A stretch of 64,000 bases of DNA from Nitrososphaerota archaeon (GTDB taxonomy: Archaea > Thermoproteota > Nitrososphaeria > Conexivisphaerales > UBA164): positions 19,302 to 83,301 of the forward strand of contig JAMCTX010000022.1 of NCBI GenBank assembly GCA_023381255.1, read 5' to 3'. A program made the translations under genes and the position numbers. The notes under the pieces are model-generated. The model saw only the letters and a list, made by a program, of their open reading frames with translations. It was not told where the DNA came from and did no database searches. This document shows, one piece after another, positions 1 to 9,711 of the stretch. Within the stretch, counting starts at the first letter, position 1, and each line of letters starts with the position of its first letter.

Positions 1-129
1 GATGATGCGCTGCCAGGAGAGATAGTTAGTTGCCCAGATTGTGGGCTTGAGTACGAGGTTGTTTCAATAACCCATGGCAAGGTAGAACTGAAGCTTGCAG
101 AGGACGTAGGAGAAGACTGGGGAGAATAA
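1..129 (+). CDS. lysW: LysW/ArgW amino-group carrier protein, C-terminal part (5' end lies outside the window)
   Basis: Frame 1 is open from base 1 to TAA at 127-129. It translates to DDALPGEIVSCPDCGLEYEVVSITHGKVELKLAEDVGEDWGE*, giving a CxxC zinc-ribbon half and the acidic EDWGE C-terminus typical of LysW. It sits directly upstream of lysX/Y/Z/J. Confidence 0.8.
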   Translation, partial: DDALPGEIVSCPDCGLEYEVVSITHGKVELKLAEDVGEDWGE

Positions 130-136
130 TATACAA

Positions 137-994
137 TTGGCTGAAGTAACAATTATTTTTGATAGACTGAGATGGGAAGAGAAGGTGCTATATGAAAAGG
201 GCAGGGAACTGGGGCTCAACGTAAGCCTAGAGGACATAAAGGACAGGCCGCTGGATATAACAAAGCAGGGAACTGTGGATGGAATAGCGGAGGTCGTTTT
301 GCAGAGAACGATAAGCCATTACAGAGGGCTCTACTATTCTGCCATACTGGAATCTATGGGACATACAGTGATCAATTCGTTTATTGCGTCGCTGCTCTGT
401 GGAAACAAGCTTCTGACCACGCTTTTGCTTGCAAAAAACGGCATACCAACCCCAAAGACCAGCGTGGCTTTTTCCATGGATTCTGCAATTAAGGAAATGG
501 AGCAGATGGGGTTTCCAGTTGTGCTCAAGCCCATCGTGGGAAGCTGGGGAAGAATGATAGCCAGGGTCAATGACCATGAACAGGCGGAGTCGATACTGGA
601 AACAAGGGAATTGCTAACGGACCCGCAGCAGCAGATATACTACCTGCAGGAATACGTCAAGAGACCTCCTCGTGATATACGTGGCATCGTAATAAACGGG
701 AAGGTCTTTACGACAATTTACAGGTACCAGCCAGACGACGACTGGAGGACAAACATAGCAAGGGGCGGCAAAGCCGGTGTGTTGAAGGCAGACAGCGAGC
801 TTGAGGAACTTATGATAAAATCCGCGCAGGTTGTGGGCGCAAAGGTGGTTGGGGTTGATGCCATGGAAACAGATGAAGGATACGTGATTCACGAAGTAAA
901 CAACAACCTGGAATTCAAAGGCGCAACGGAGGCAAGCCAAAAAGACATCGCAAAGGAAATAATGGGATATATCAAGGAGATTGTCAGGAAATGA
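137..994 (+). CDS. lysX: RimK/LysX-type ATP-grasp ligase (alpha-aminoadipate or glutamate--LysW ligase)
   Basis: 285 aa with ATP-grasp motifs GSWGRMIARV, YLQEYVKRPPRDIRG and DWRTNIARGG. TTG start 8 nt after the lysW stop. ATGA overlap with the next gene. Confidence 0.85.
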   Translation: MAEVTIIFDRLRWEEKVLYEKGRELGLNVSLEDIKDRPLDITKQGTVDGIAEVVLQRTISHYRGLYYSAILESMGHTVINSFIASLLCGNKLLTTLLLAKNGIPTPKTSVAFSMDSAIKEMEQMGFPVVLKPIVGSWGRMIARVNDHEQAESILETRELLTDPQQQIYYLQEYVKRPPRDIRGIVINGKVFTTIYRYQPDDDWRTNIARGGKAGVLKADSELEELMIKSAQVVGAKVVGVDAMETDEGYVIHEVNNNLEFKGATEASQKDIAKEIMGYIKEIVRK

Positions 995-2046
995 GCATAA
1001 AAGTTTCGGTCGTAGGAGCGTCAGGCTATGTGGGTGGGGAAATACTGCGAATTTTGGCCCAGCACCCGCATGCAGAAATAGTTTCGCTCACATCCAGGCA
1101 GTATGCCGGGGAATACGTGCACAAGGCGCATCCCAACATGAAGGGAATTATAAGCGCAAGATTCACCGGCGACGACCCTGTAAAGGCATCTGCAAACGCC
1201 GACGTAGTATTTCTGGCACTGCCGCACAAAGCTTCCGTTAAGGTTGTTCCAAAATTAATTGAAACCGGGATTAGAATAATTGACATGAGCGCGGACTTCA
1301 GGCTGAAGACGCCAGAATCTTATGTAAGGTGGTACGGTTATGAGCACCCAAATCCAGAACTGCTTGAAAAATTTGTCTATGGCCTGCCGGAACTGCACAG
1401 GGAAGAGCTAAAGGGGGCAAAATATGTTTCAGCGCCTGGCTGCATGGCCTCCGCATCAATAATAGGCCTGGCGCCGCTGGTGAAAAAATATACGCCCTCG
1501 AGCCCGATCATAGTTGACGCAAAGATTGGATCTTCGGGGGCCGGGGGCAAGCCGTCACCCTCAACGCACTTTTCTGAAAGGTATGGCGTGATCAGGCCCT
1601 ACAAGCCAACCGGGCATCGGCACACCGCTGAAATTGAGCAGGAACTAAGGTTTGTCTCCGGCAAAAATATAGGCGTTGCAATGAGCGCGCACGCTGTGAA
1701 CCAGGTCCGGGGCATCCTGACCACGTCACATTTTATTACAGATACTGGCACAAAGTTGCCTGATGTGTGGAAGGCGTACAGGGACTTCTATCCATCAGAG
1801 CCGTTTGTCAGGTTCATGATGGACAAGACCGGAATTTACAGGTTCCCGGACCCCAAGGTGGTAATAGGGTCCAACTTCGCCGATATAGGCTTTGACATAG
1901 ACCCTTACATTAACAGGGTTGTGGTGCTGACCGCAATAGACAATCTTTTGAAAGGGGCTGCAGGCAGCGCCGTGCAGTCGATGAACCTCATGTTTGGTTT
2001 CAATGAAAGGGAGGGCCTGAACATGGCAGCGCTTCACCCGGTGTGA
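991..2046 (+). CDS. lysY: [LysW]-aminoadipyl/glutamyl-phosphate reductase (ArgC/LysY family)
   Basis: 351 aa with an N-terminal VVGASGYVGGEILR Rossmann motif and active-site SAPGCMASA. Position in the operon supports the call. Confidence 0.9.
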   Translation: MSIKVSVVGASGYVGGEILRILAQHPHAEIVSLTSRQYAGEYVHKAHPNMKGIISARFTGDDPVKASANADVVFLALPHKASVKVVPKLIETGIRIIDMSADFRLKTPESYVRWYGYEHPNPELLEKFVYGLPELHREELKGAKYVSAPGCMASASIIGLAPLVKKYTPSSPIIVDAKIGSSGAGGKPSPSTHFSERYGVIRPYKPTGHRHTAEIEQELRFVSGKNIGVAMSAHAVNQVRGILTTSHFITDTGTKLPDVWKAYRDFYPSEPFVRFMMDKTGIYRFPDPKVVIGSNFADIGFDIDPYINRVVVLTAIDNLLKGAAGSAVQSMNLMFGFNEREGLNMAALHPV

Positions 2047-2050
2047 AAAA

Positions 2051-2857
2051 ATGAGCAAAACAAGCGTGATAAAGATTGGCGGGAGCCTTGTTTCTGAATC
2101 AGCTTACTCAAATGTAATAAATGACCTGAAGGAGTCCGGCCTGAAGGATTTCATTATAGTTCACGGGGGCGGAAATGAAGTTACGAAATATTCCAAGGCG
2201 CTTGGGAAGGACGTGGTGTTTGTAACATCTCCAGAAGGCATCAGGAGCAGATACACCGATTTGGAAACGGCGGCTATATATAATATGGTAATGAGAAAGA
2301 TATCGTCAGACCTCGTCCTTTCCCTCAACGCGCGGGGGTTCAGGGCAATCGGGCTTTCGGGGATAGATGCTGGTCTGATGAAGGCGGAAAGGAAGAAAAG
2401 GCTGATAATTGTTGACGAACGGGGAAGGAAAAGGGCAATTGAGGGCGGTTACACTGGCAAGGTTAAGGAAGTGGACTCTGACTTGCTCCTTAAAATAATT
2501 GGTTTGGGGATAACGCCGGTGATATCTCCGGTTGCTCTGGGCTATGACGGGGAAATGCTAAATGTGGACGGGGATCGCGCCGCATCCGCTGTGGCTTCAG
2601 CCCTTAATGCAGAAAGGCTTATAGTATTTACCAACGTTGACGGGGTAATAATCAACGGCAGGGTAAAGGAAAGGATGAACCTTAAAGAGGCCAGGGAAGT
2701 GCTTAAGGCAGTCGGTCCTGGAATGGACAAAAAGTTGATTGCATGCATTGAAGCCGTTGAGGGCGGGGCAAAGGAGGGGGTCATTGCCAGCGGAAAGGTA
2801 GAAAGGCCAATAAATAATGCTATTAACGGGTTGAGGACAGTGGTAGAAGGGCAATGA
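2051..2857 (+). CDS. lysZ: [LysW]-aminoadipate/glutamate kinase (ArgB/LysZ amino-acid kinase family)
   Basis: 268 aa with IKIGGSLV and VHGGGNEV motifs. ATGA overlap with the downstream aminotransferase. Confidence 0.9.
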   Translation: MSKTSVIKIGGSLVSESAYSNVINDLKESGLKDFIIVHGGGNEVTKYSKALGKDVVFVTSPEGIRSRYTDLETAAIYNMVMRKISSDLVLSLNARGFRAIGLSGIDAGLMKAERKKRLIIVDERGRKRAIEGGYTGKVKEVDSDLLLKIIGLGITPVISPVALGYDGEMLNVDGDRAASAVASALNAERLIVFTNVDGVIINGRVKERMNLKEAREVLKAVGPGMDKKLIACIEAVEGGAKEGVIASGKVERPINNAINGLRTVVEGQ

Positions 2858-4023
2858 GCGAAATAGAGGAAAGGAGGCTGTTTAACACTTACCAGAGATA
2901 TGGAATAAAGCTTGTTAGGGGCAAGGGGGCAAGGGTATGGGATACGTTAGGAAAGGAATATGTTGACTTTATGGCCGGCTTTGGTGTTGGAATTCTCGGT
3001 CACGGCCACCCAGATGTCGTTAAGGCCATTGAGGATCAGCTGGAAAGCATATTTATATGCCATGGCTCGATCTACAATGAATCCAGAGAAAGGTTCTTGG
3101 AAGAGCTTTTCCGGGTTGTGCCAAGCCACCTTTCCCGGGCCTTCATGTCAAACAGCGGCGCAGAAGCTAATGAACTGGCGCTGAAACTTGCAAGAAAGTA
3201 CACTGGCAGAAAGGGGTTCGTTGCCTTCACCGGTGCATATCATGGGAAAACTGCTGGGGCGCTTTCAGTAACCTACTCCCAGAAATACAGGGAAGGATTC
3301 GAGCCGCTTCTTGGGCCGGTAAAGTTTCTAAAGTATGGAGACAGCCAGGCACTGGATGGTGTTGATTTTAATGAGGCAGCCGCAGTCATAGTGGAACCCA
3401 TACAGGGTGAATCAGGGATAATTGTGCCACCCGACGACTTTTTGCCCAGATTACAGGAAAAGGCCCATGCCGCAGGCTCGCTGCTTATCGTTGACGAGGT
3501 TCAATCGGGAATGGGGAGAACTGGCAAATGGTGGGCTCACCAGAACTGGAAAATCGAGCCTGATGTGATGACGGGCGGGAAGGGCATAGGAGGCGGCGTG
3601 CCCATGGGAGTTACAGTCGCCACCGAAAACGTGGCGCAGGTGCTTAAGGTGGGGGAGCACAGCAGCACGATGGGGGGCAATCCATTGGCATCGGCCGCTG
3701 GCGCAGCCACAATAAGGGCCGTGAGCGGCCTTCTGGGCGAAGTGGAAGGCAAGGGCAGGGAAATAATGGACGGAATCAGCAAAATCAACAGCCCTCTTGT
3801 AAGGGAGGTGCGCGGGAGGGGCCTGATGATAGCAGTGGATTTAAAGGTCAGGTTCAAGGATGTGCTGCTGCAGGCAATGAGCAACGGCCTTATACCTTTA
3901 TATTCAGGCCTCACGGTGATAAGATTCCTGCCCCCATATGTTATAAACAGCGCAGACATTAGGGACGCAGTGGAAATTTTCAGCAGATCCATTCAGGAAA
4001 TCGAGAAAAAAATGTCGGTTTAG
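2854..4023 (+). CDS. lysJ: class-III PLP aminotransferase (ArgD/LysJ)
   Basis: 389 aa with SNSGAEANE and DEVQSGMGRTGKWWA motifs typical of acetylornithine/LysW-gamma-semialdehyde aminotransferases. Confidence 0.9.
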   Translation: MSEIEERRLFNTYQRYGIKLVRGKGARVWDTLGKEYVDFMAGFGVGILGHGHPDVVKAIEDQLESIFICHGSIYNESRERFLEELFRVVPSHLSRAFMSNSGAEANELALKLARKYTGRKGFVAFTGAYHGKTAGALSVTYSQKYREGFEPLLGPVKFLKYGDSQALDGVDFNEAAAVIVEPIQGESGIIVPPDDFLPRLQEKAHAAGSLLIVDEVQSGMGRTGKWWAHQNWKIEPDVMTGGKGIGGGVPMGVTVATENVAQVLKVGEHSSTMGGNPLASAAGAATIRAVSGLLGEVEGKGREIMDGISKINSPLVREVRGRGLMIAVDLKVRFKDVLLQAMSNGLIPLYSGLTVIRFLPPYVINSADIRDAVEIFSRSIQEIEKKMSV

Positions 4024-4026
4024 AAA

Positions 4027-4036
4027 CTTTTTTAAG
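4027..4036 (+). promoter_or_regulatory. TATA-like box (CTTTTTTAAG) about 23-32 nt upstream of the Lrp-family ATG; suggests a leaderless or short-leader transcript
   Basis: An AT-rich T/A hexamer at the spacing expected for an archaeal TATA box relative to ATG 4059. No SD-like motif lies between them. Confidence 0.3.
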
Positions 4037-4058
4037 CCATATATTCTAATTTATTAAC

Positions 4059-4469
4059 ATGGACGACATAGATTTAAAGCTGCTGGAGTTGCTGAAAGAT
4101 GACGGTCGCGCATCGTACATAGACCTGGGCAAGAAGTTGAGCCTTTCGGAGGCTGCTGTTAGGAGGAGGGTACGGAAGATGGTAGATGACGGGACAATCA
4201 AGAGGTTCACGCTGGAAATAAAGGAGCGCGAGCGCGCAATGGCGCTCACTCTACTGTCTACCGCGCCAAACACACCGACATATGACGTAGCGGGCAGGAT
4301 AACCAAAATAAACGGCGTGGAAAAGGTATATGAAATAACAGGGCAGTATGATATAGCAGTGCTCATGTCTGGTCCTAATATAGCAGAAGTTAACAAAGTA
4401 ATTGACGAAATAAGGAAGGCTGACGGGGTTATAAATACCAATACCGTAATAATTCTTAGAGAACTTTAA
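4059..4469 (+). CDS. Lrp/AsnC-family transcriptional regulator embedded in the Lys/Arg cluster
   Basis: 136 aa. HTH_AsnC N-terminus (DLKLLELLKDDGRASYIDLGKKLSLSEAAVRRRV) followed by a RAM/ligand-binding domain. Confidence 0.85.
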   Translation: MDDIDLKLLELLKDDGRASYIDLGKKLSLSEAAVRRRVRKMVDDGTIKRFTLEIKERERAMALTLLSTAPNTPTYDVAGRITKINGVEKVYEITGQYDIAVLMSGPNIAEVNKVIDEIRKADGVINTNTVIILREL

Positions 4470-4507
4470 CAATTAATACGAAAAACGTTTTTAAATACAC
4501 AGGTTTT

Positions 4508-5704
4508 TTGGTCTGCATGGAAATAAATGGCCTGAACAGCGACCCGGACAGGGTTGGTTATTCGTCTGTTTACAATGGAGGGAATTTTCAGAAAAAGGTG
4601 AAAATACTGGATTCTACTCTGAGGGAGGGTGAACAATCCCCGGGGGTTTCATTTACAACCAAGCAGCGCCTGCAGATAGGCTGGATGCTGGATTATTTTG
4701 GGGTTGATGCAATTGAGATAAGCCCCATCGTCTCCGAATCCCACTTTGAATCATGCAAGAAGTTGATCAAGGCAGGATTGAGCGCTCAGATAGTGTCACA
4801 TGGAAGGGCATTAAAGGAGGACGTTGATGTGGCGCTGAGCTGCGGAGCAAGCTTCTTTGCAATGTACCATTCGATATCTGACATTCATCTTAAGTACAAA
4901 CTCAAGGTTTCCAGGGAGCAAGCTTTGCAAAGAACGGTTGAAGTGGTGGAGTACGCGAAATCCCACGGGCTTGGCGTAAGGGTTACGCTGGAGGATGCCA
5001 GCAGGGCTGATCCCGCATTTGCAAGGTCCTTTGCCAGGGCAATTTATGAGGCTGGCGCTGACAGGATAAGCGTGCCAGACACGGTCGGTGCAATGAGGCC
5101 TGCAGGAATGTACAGGCTTGTATCAAACATAAGGGAAGCAGTACCGATACCGATTGACGTTCACTGTCACAATGACCTGGGGCTGGCCCTGCCAAATGCG
5201 CTTGCCGGATATGAAGCTGGGGCAGATCAGATACACACAACAATAGGTGGAGTGGGTGAAAGGACAGGGATTACTGACCTGGCGCAGCTGGTGATAGCGC
5301 TGTATTTCCTTTACGGTCTTGAACTTGATGTAAGATATGAAATGATAGGCGATATATACCACTTGCTCGAGGAATATACATCATACAGCATTCCCGCGTC
5401 TGCCCCCGTCGCAGGAGCAAACGCGTACAAGCACAAGGCAGGCACCCACATAGCGGCCATTTTAAAGAGCCCTCACGCATATGAACTTGTGCCGCCAGAA
5501 CTGACGGGCAGCAAAAGGAGGGTTGTGTTTGGGGACCTGCTGGGCAAAAACGGGTCGCTTTTCCTGATGAAGATGCTTGGGCTAAATGCTGATGAATCCA
5601 TGGCCAGGTCACTGGCTGCAGGGGTTAAGAAGCTTCAGGCTGGAGACCTTTTTGAACTGGAACTGAACGAAGAGCTGGTAAAGAGGATAATGGAGGAGAG
5701 CTGA
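4508..5704 (+). CDS. homocitrate synthase / short-form 2-isopropylmalate synthase family (DRE-TIM aldolase)
   Basis: 398 aa with LDSTLREGEQSPGV and HCHNDLGLALPNALAGYEAGA motifs, and no LeuA C-terminal regulatory domain. Context favours homocitrate synthase. The start may be ATG 4517 rather than TTG 4508. Confidence 0.75.
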   Translation: MVCMEINGLNSDPDRVGYSSVYNGGNFQKKVKILDSTLREGEQSPGVSFTTKQRLQIGWMLDYFGVDAIEISPIVSESHFESCKKLIKAGLSAQIVSHGRALKEDVDVALSCGASFFAMYHSISDIHLKYKLKVSREQALQRTVEVVEYAKSHGLGVRVTLEDASRADPAFARSFARAIYEAGADRISVPDTVGAMRPAGMYRLVSNIREAVPIPIDVHCHNDLGLALPNALAGYEAGADQIHTTIGGVGERTGITDLAQLVIALYFLYGLELDVRYEMIGDIYHLLEEYTSYSIPASAPVAGANAYKHKAGTHIAAILKSPHAYELVPPELTGSKRRVVFGDLLGKNGSLFLMKMLGLNADESMARSLAAGVKKLQAGDLFELELNEELVKRIMEES

Positions 5705-5706
5705 AA

Positions 5707-6555
5707 GTGAAGATTACCATACTTTATGACATAGTGAGGTGGGAAGAAAAGGCGTTGCTGGAGGCAGGCAAGAAAAGGGGCATAGAAACTGGGCTTCTGG
5801 ACGTAAGGGGGCAAGTATTTGACCTCTCATCACGCGAAGGCGCGTATGGCGACGTGGCATTGCAGCGCGCAACAAGCTACTACCGCGGCTTACATGCAGC
5901 CGCAATAATTCAGAGCTATGGAACTCCGGTGGTGAACAGCAGGGAAATACTTGAGATCACAGGAAACAAGGCATTCACTTTGCTCAAATTAAGGGAGCAT
6001 GGCGTGCCAGTGCCTCACACTTATGTGACATTTGACGTGCCGAAGGCGCTTGAATCGTTCAAGTCACTTGGCGGCAGGGCCGTTATAAAGCCGGTTATGG
6101 GCTCTTGGGGGAGGATGGTTGGCCTACTTGAAACTGAGAATTCTGCAAAGGCTGTTCTTGAAGACAGGCTTTACATGGACCCCCTGTATCAGGTGTTTTA
6201 CCTGCAGGAATACGTCAAGAGACCCCCGCGGGACATAAGGGCATTTGTTGTTGGCAACAGGGTCGTAGCTGCTATTTACAGGTATCAGCCTGAAACAGAC
6301 TGGAGGACAAATACAGCCCTGGGTGGCAGGGCCGAAAACTGCCCTGTGACTGGGGAGATTGAGGATATTGCATTGAGGGCGGCAAGCGCTATAGGCGAGG
6401 GGGTTTATGGCGTAGACATAATGGAAAATGAAAACGGCATGGTTGTGCATGAGGTTAACGGCACGGTGGAATTCAAGAACTCCGTTCCAGTCACAGGCGT
6501 TGACATACAGGGTAAAATAGTGGAATACCTGATTGACAGGGCGAGGGAAAAATAG
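5707..6555 (+). CDS. argX: second RimK/LysX-type ATP-grasp ligase paralog (ArgX-like)
   Basis: 282 aa with the same YLQEYVKRPPRDIR and DWRTN motifs as 137-994. GTG start 3 nt after the preceding stop. Confidence 0.8.
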   Translation: MKITILYDIVRWEEKALLEAGKKRGIETGLLDVRGQVFDLSSREGAYGDVALQRATSYYRGLHAAAIIQSYGTPVVNSREILEITGNKAFTLLKLREHGVPVPHTYVTFDVPKALESFKSLGGRAVIKPVMGSWGRMVGLLETENSAKAVLEDRLYMDPLYQVFYLQEYVKRPPRDIRAFVVGNRVVAAIYRYQPETDWRTNTALGGRAENCPVTGEIEDIALRAASAIGEGVYGVDIMENENGMVVHEVNGTVEFKNSVPVTGVDIQGKIVEYLIDRAREK

Positions 6556-7619
6556 TGGAAAAAGACCCGGTCAAGTTTCTTACTGGATTGATAAAAGTGT
6601 ATTCACCCAGCACAAAGGAAAAGGCAGCTTCTGATTACATACTTGATTACATAAGGTCGGTTGGCGGCTATCAGGATGTAAGGCAGGACAACTCCAACAA
6701 TGTCATAACGAGGATATCGACGGGCAAACCTGAAGTGTTTCTGGTGGGGCACATGGATACTGTGCCTGGAGAACTGCCGGTGGTCAACGACGGCAAGAGC
6801 ATCTACGGCAGGGGCGCTGTGGACGCCAAGACTTCACTTGCGGCGTTGCTTCATGCGGCACTGGAGCTTGCGGATGTAGGCTGCGGGCTGGTGTTTGCGG
6901 CTGTCACGGACGAGGAAAGGGCCAGCGAAGGAATGAATGGCTTGCTTAAGGGAGGCGCAAGGCCTGACTTTGCGGTATTTGGTGAGCCAACAGGCCTCAG
7001 TTCCGTTGCGATATCATATAAGGGCAGGCTGCTTGCGAGGCTTGAATATTCTGCGCCATCATACCATTCATCGTCACCATGGCTTGGCAAGACCGCATTT
7101 GACCTGATGTGGGAGGATGTTGAAAGGATCAAAGGCGAAGCCAGGTCTCTGAATGAAGGCGCAAAATCCAATTTCGACAGCATCACTGCTCAGGTTGTGA
7201 AGTGTGACTGCGGTGACAGCCTGAACAAAACGCCTGCAAGGGCCACCATGCATATGGATGTGCGGTTCCCGCCGGGGCTCAGCAGTCAGGAACTTGAAGA
7301 AAGGCTGTTCACTGCGGAGCACAGCATTGAGGACCGCCTTGAGCCATTCAGCACTCCACCCAGCAGCATACTTTCCAGGTCATTCTATCATGGAATATTC
7401 AAGGTGCTTGGCAGGAAGCCAAATTACGTTAAGAAAATGGGAACGTGCGACGGCAACGTGCTAAAGTCATACTATGATGTCCCAATAGTTGCCTATGGCG
7501 CGGGAGATTCAAAGCTTTCTCACACAGAACTTGAAAGAGTTACCACAGAGGACTTCCTGAGGTCGATTGAAGTGATAAAGGAATCCGTGCGATTCCTTTG
7601 CCAGAGCAAATTGTCTTAA
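6555..7619 (+). CDS. lysK: [LysW]-lysine/ornithine hydrolase (M20 peptidase, ArgE/LysK family)
   Basis: 354 aa with GHMDTVPG, GRGAVDAK and FGEPTG motifs. The GTG start overlaps the upstream TAG by 1 nt. Confidence 0.8.
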   Translation: MEKDPVKFLTGLIKVYSPSTKEKAASDYILDYIRSVGGYQDVRQDNSNNVITRISTGKPEVFLVGHMDTVPGELPVVNDGKSIYGRGAVDAKTSLAALLHAALELADVGCGLVFAAVTDEERASEGMNGLLKGGARPDFAVFGEPTGLSSVAISYKGRLLARLEYSAPSYHSSSPWLGKTAFDLMWEDVERIKGEARSLNEGAKSNFDSITAQVVKCDCGDSLNKTPARATMHMDVRFPPGLSSQELEERLFTAEHSIEDRLEPFSTPPSSILSRSFYHGIFKVLGRKPNYVKKMGTCDGNVLKSYYDVPIVAYGAGDSKLSHTELERVTTEDFLRSIEVIKESVRFLCQSKLS

Positions 7620-7667
7620 AACGCTAATGCAAACTGCAACATGTCCATTCCGTTATATGTTGGGTTT

Positions 7668-8528
7668 TTAGGATAGCAGAGCTATTACAAGCGCTACGCC
7701 GTATATCATATATATGATTGAGCTGATTTCCACTCCAAGCTTCCACCCATTTTTATGCAGCATTATCATTCCCCTTGCCGCAAACGGAAACGTCACAAGC
7801 GGTAAGTTTAACCAGACATTTCCGGTCAGCACATACATAAGCGGCAGCCAGGCATATGATAGAGCAATCATCGTAAAATAAAGGACCTGAGAATATCTGT
7901 CGCCTAGAATAACAACCAGTGTTTTTCTGCCAACTTTACTATCCTTGCCTATATCGCGTATATTGTTTGCCACAAGGACAGCTGCTACAAGCAATGAAAT
8001 TGGAACAGAAACGAGGTAAGCGGAAAACGTTATCCTACTACAGGACACAAGTTCGGTAGCAATGACCTCAGTTAGGCCCATGATTATGCCCACAAATATC
8101 TCTCCAAGGGGCGTTCTGGAAAGCGGCAGAGGTCCCTCGGAATATAGAACACCAACCGCTGCCGCGGCCAATCCCATCACAAGCACATATACGCCTCTAT
8201 CCAGCACCAGGGGCACTGCAAGGATTGCTGCGGCAGCATAAAAAGCTATGGCGATTATAAGCACCTCGTTTGCCGTTGCTTGGCCCTTTACTATTATTCC
8301 AGCAAATCCATGCGATGCCGACTTGTCTATGCCGTTAATGAAATCGCCGTGCTCGTTGAATACGTTTGTAGCAATTTGCATGAACAGCGCAGCCGCAAGC
8401 ATGACCAGCCAAAACACCGCATCAAACCCCCCAATTTTTAGGGCCAAGGCCCCTCCTGTGAACAGCGGCACAGCCGTAGCAGTAAGAGAGGGGACCCTTA
8501 TCAGCGCAATGAATTGCCTGAAGTTCAA
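7668..8528 (-). CDS. UbiA-family aromatic prenyltransferase, MenA-like
   Basis: 286 aa polytopic membrane protein with an NEHGDFINGIDK aspartate-rich motif and a second NNIRDIGKD motif. Confidence 0.75.
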   Translation of the reverse strand: MNFRQFIALIRVPSLTATAVPLFTGGALALKIGGFDAVFWLVMLAAALFMQIATNVFNEHGDFINGIDKSASHGFAGIIVKGQATANEVLIIAIAFYAAAAILAVPLVLDRGVYVLVMGLAAAAVGVLYSEGPLPLSRTPLGEIFVGIIMGLTEVIATELVSCSRITFSAYLVSVPISLLVAAVLVANNIRDIGKDSKVGRKTLVVILGDRYSQVLYFTMIALSYAWLPLMYVLTGNVWLNLPLVTFPFAARGMIMLHKNGWKLGVEISSIIYMIYGVALVIALLS

Positions 8529-8769
8529 TACTGATAAAATTTAATTTACAAATATTAATTTTTTTCCTGCTCTAAATTTGGCAGGCAAGCAGGCATAGGC
8601 GGTTTTTTCTAGACACTGATCTGGATAATACACCAGTTTGGTGATGATGAAACTGTTGTTGCATGTGATAAATGCTTAGCGTAACTATGCTGCGCAAACC
8701 AATAAGGAGCCCGCAATTGAATTGAAACATCGAAAACACTTTAATATAAAGGCTCGCATTATCTCTGCC

Positions 8770-9711
8770 ATGTCAACTGAATTTTCGCCTCAATTGAAGC
8801 AGGCATTCGAGGACATAAAAAGCATGAAAGTGAGGGGCGCTGGTAGGATAGCTAGGGCTGCAGCAGCCGCGTTAAAGAATGAAGCGTTTTATGTAAATGA
8901 TGACGACCCGGGCAAATTCTTCGAACGCATCCAGAAGGCGGGGGATTATCTAAAGTCATCAAGGCCAACTGCGGTGTCTCTGCCAAACTCAGTCAACACC
9001 GTAGTTAAGAGCGCACAGAAGGGGCTTCTGATGAAGCTTGACGTAAATCAGCTTAAAGAATTTGTATCAAAGGCCGCTGAAGATTTTATAACGAAAAGCA
9101 TTGAAGCTCAAAAAAAGATTGGCGAGATAGGTGCAAAGAGGATAGTTAGCGGGGACATTATACTGACCCACTGCAACAGCCAGTCAGCAATAAGCGTAAT
9201 CAAGACCGCCTTCAACGAGGGCAAGAGTTTCAAGGTGTTTGCCACGGAGACCAGGCCCAGGTTTCAGGGCAGGCTCACTTCGGCATGGCTTGCCGATGCC
9301 GGCATAGATGTTACGCTGATACCGGACAGCGCAGCCAGGCTTTACATGAGGAAGGTGGACAAGGTGGTTGTGGGGGCTGATGCAATAGCAGCAAATGGCG
9401 CTGTGGTTAACAAAATAGGCACTTCAACCATAGCAGCGATTGCCAAGGAGTCCAGGACCAGGGTTATGGTTGCGGCAGAAACCTATAAGATAAGCCCGCA
9501 GACTTATCTTGGGGAGCTAATAGAAATAGAAATCAGGAGTCCCTATGAAGTCGCGCCCAGAGCATGGCTGGAGAAACACCCTAAGATCAAGGTGCTAAAC
9601 CCAGCATTTGATGTTACGCCCCCAGAATATATTGACTTCATAATCACAGAAAGGGGGATATACCCTCCCCAGGGAATAATAATGCTGTTTAAGGAGCTCT
9701 ATGAGCTCTGA
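8770..9711 (+). CDS. ribose-1,5-bisphosphate isomerase (eIF-2B alpha/beta/delta family, aIF-2BII type)
   Basis: Contains VRGAGRIARAAAAAL, SRPTAVSLPN and VVVGADAIAANGAVVNKIGT motifs. The ORF track starts at TTG 8722; ATG 8770 (MSTEF...) is the more plausible start. Confidence 0.75.
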   Translation: MSTEFSPQLKQAFEDIKSMKVRGAGRIARAAAAALKNEAFYVNDDDPGKFFERIQKAGDYLKSSRPTAVSLPNSVNTVVKSAQKGLLMKLDVNQLKEFVSKAAEDFITKSIEAQKKIGEIGAKRIVSGDIILTHCNSQSAISVIKTAFNEGKSFKVFATETRPRFQGRLTSAWLADAGIDVTLIPDSAARLYMRKVDKVVVGADAIAANGAVVNKIGTSTIAAIAKESRTRVMVAAETYKISPQTYLGELIEIEIRSPYEVAPRAWLEKHPKIKVLNPAFDVTPPEYIDFIITERGIYPPQGIIMLFKELYEL

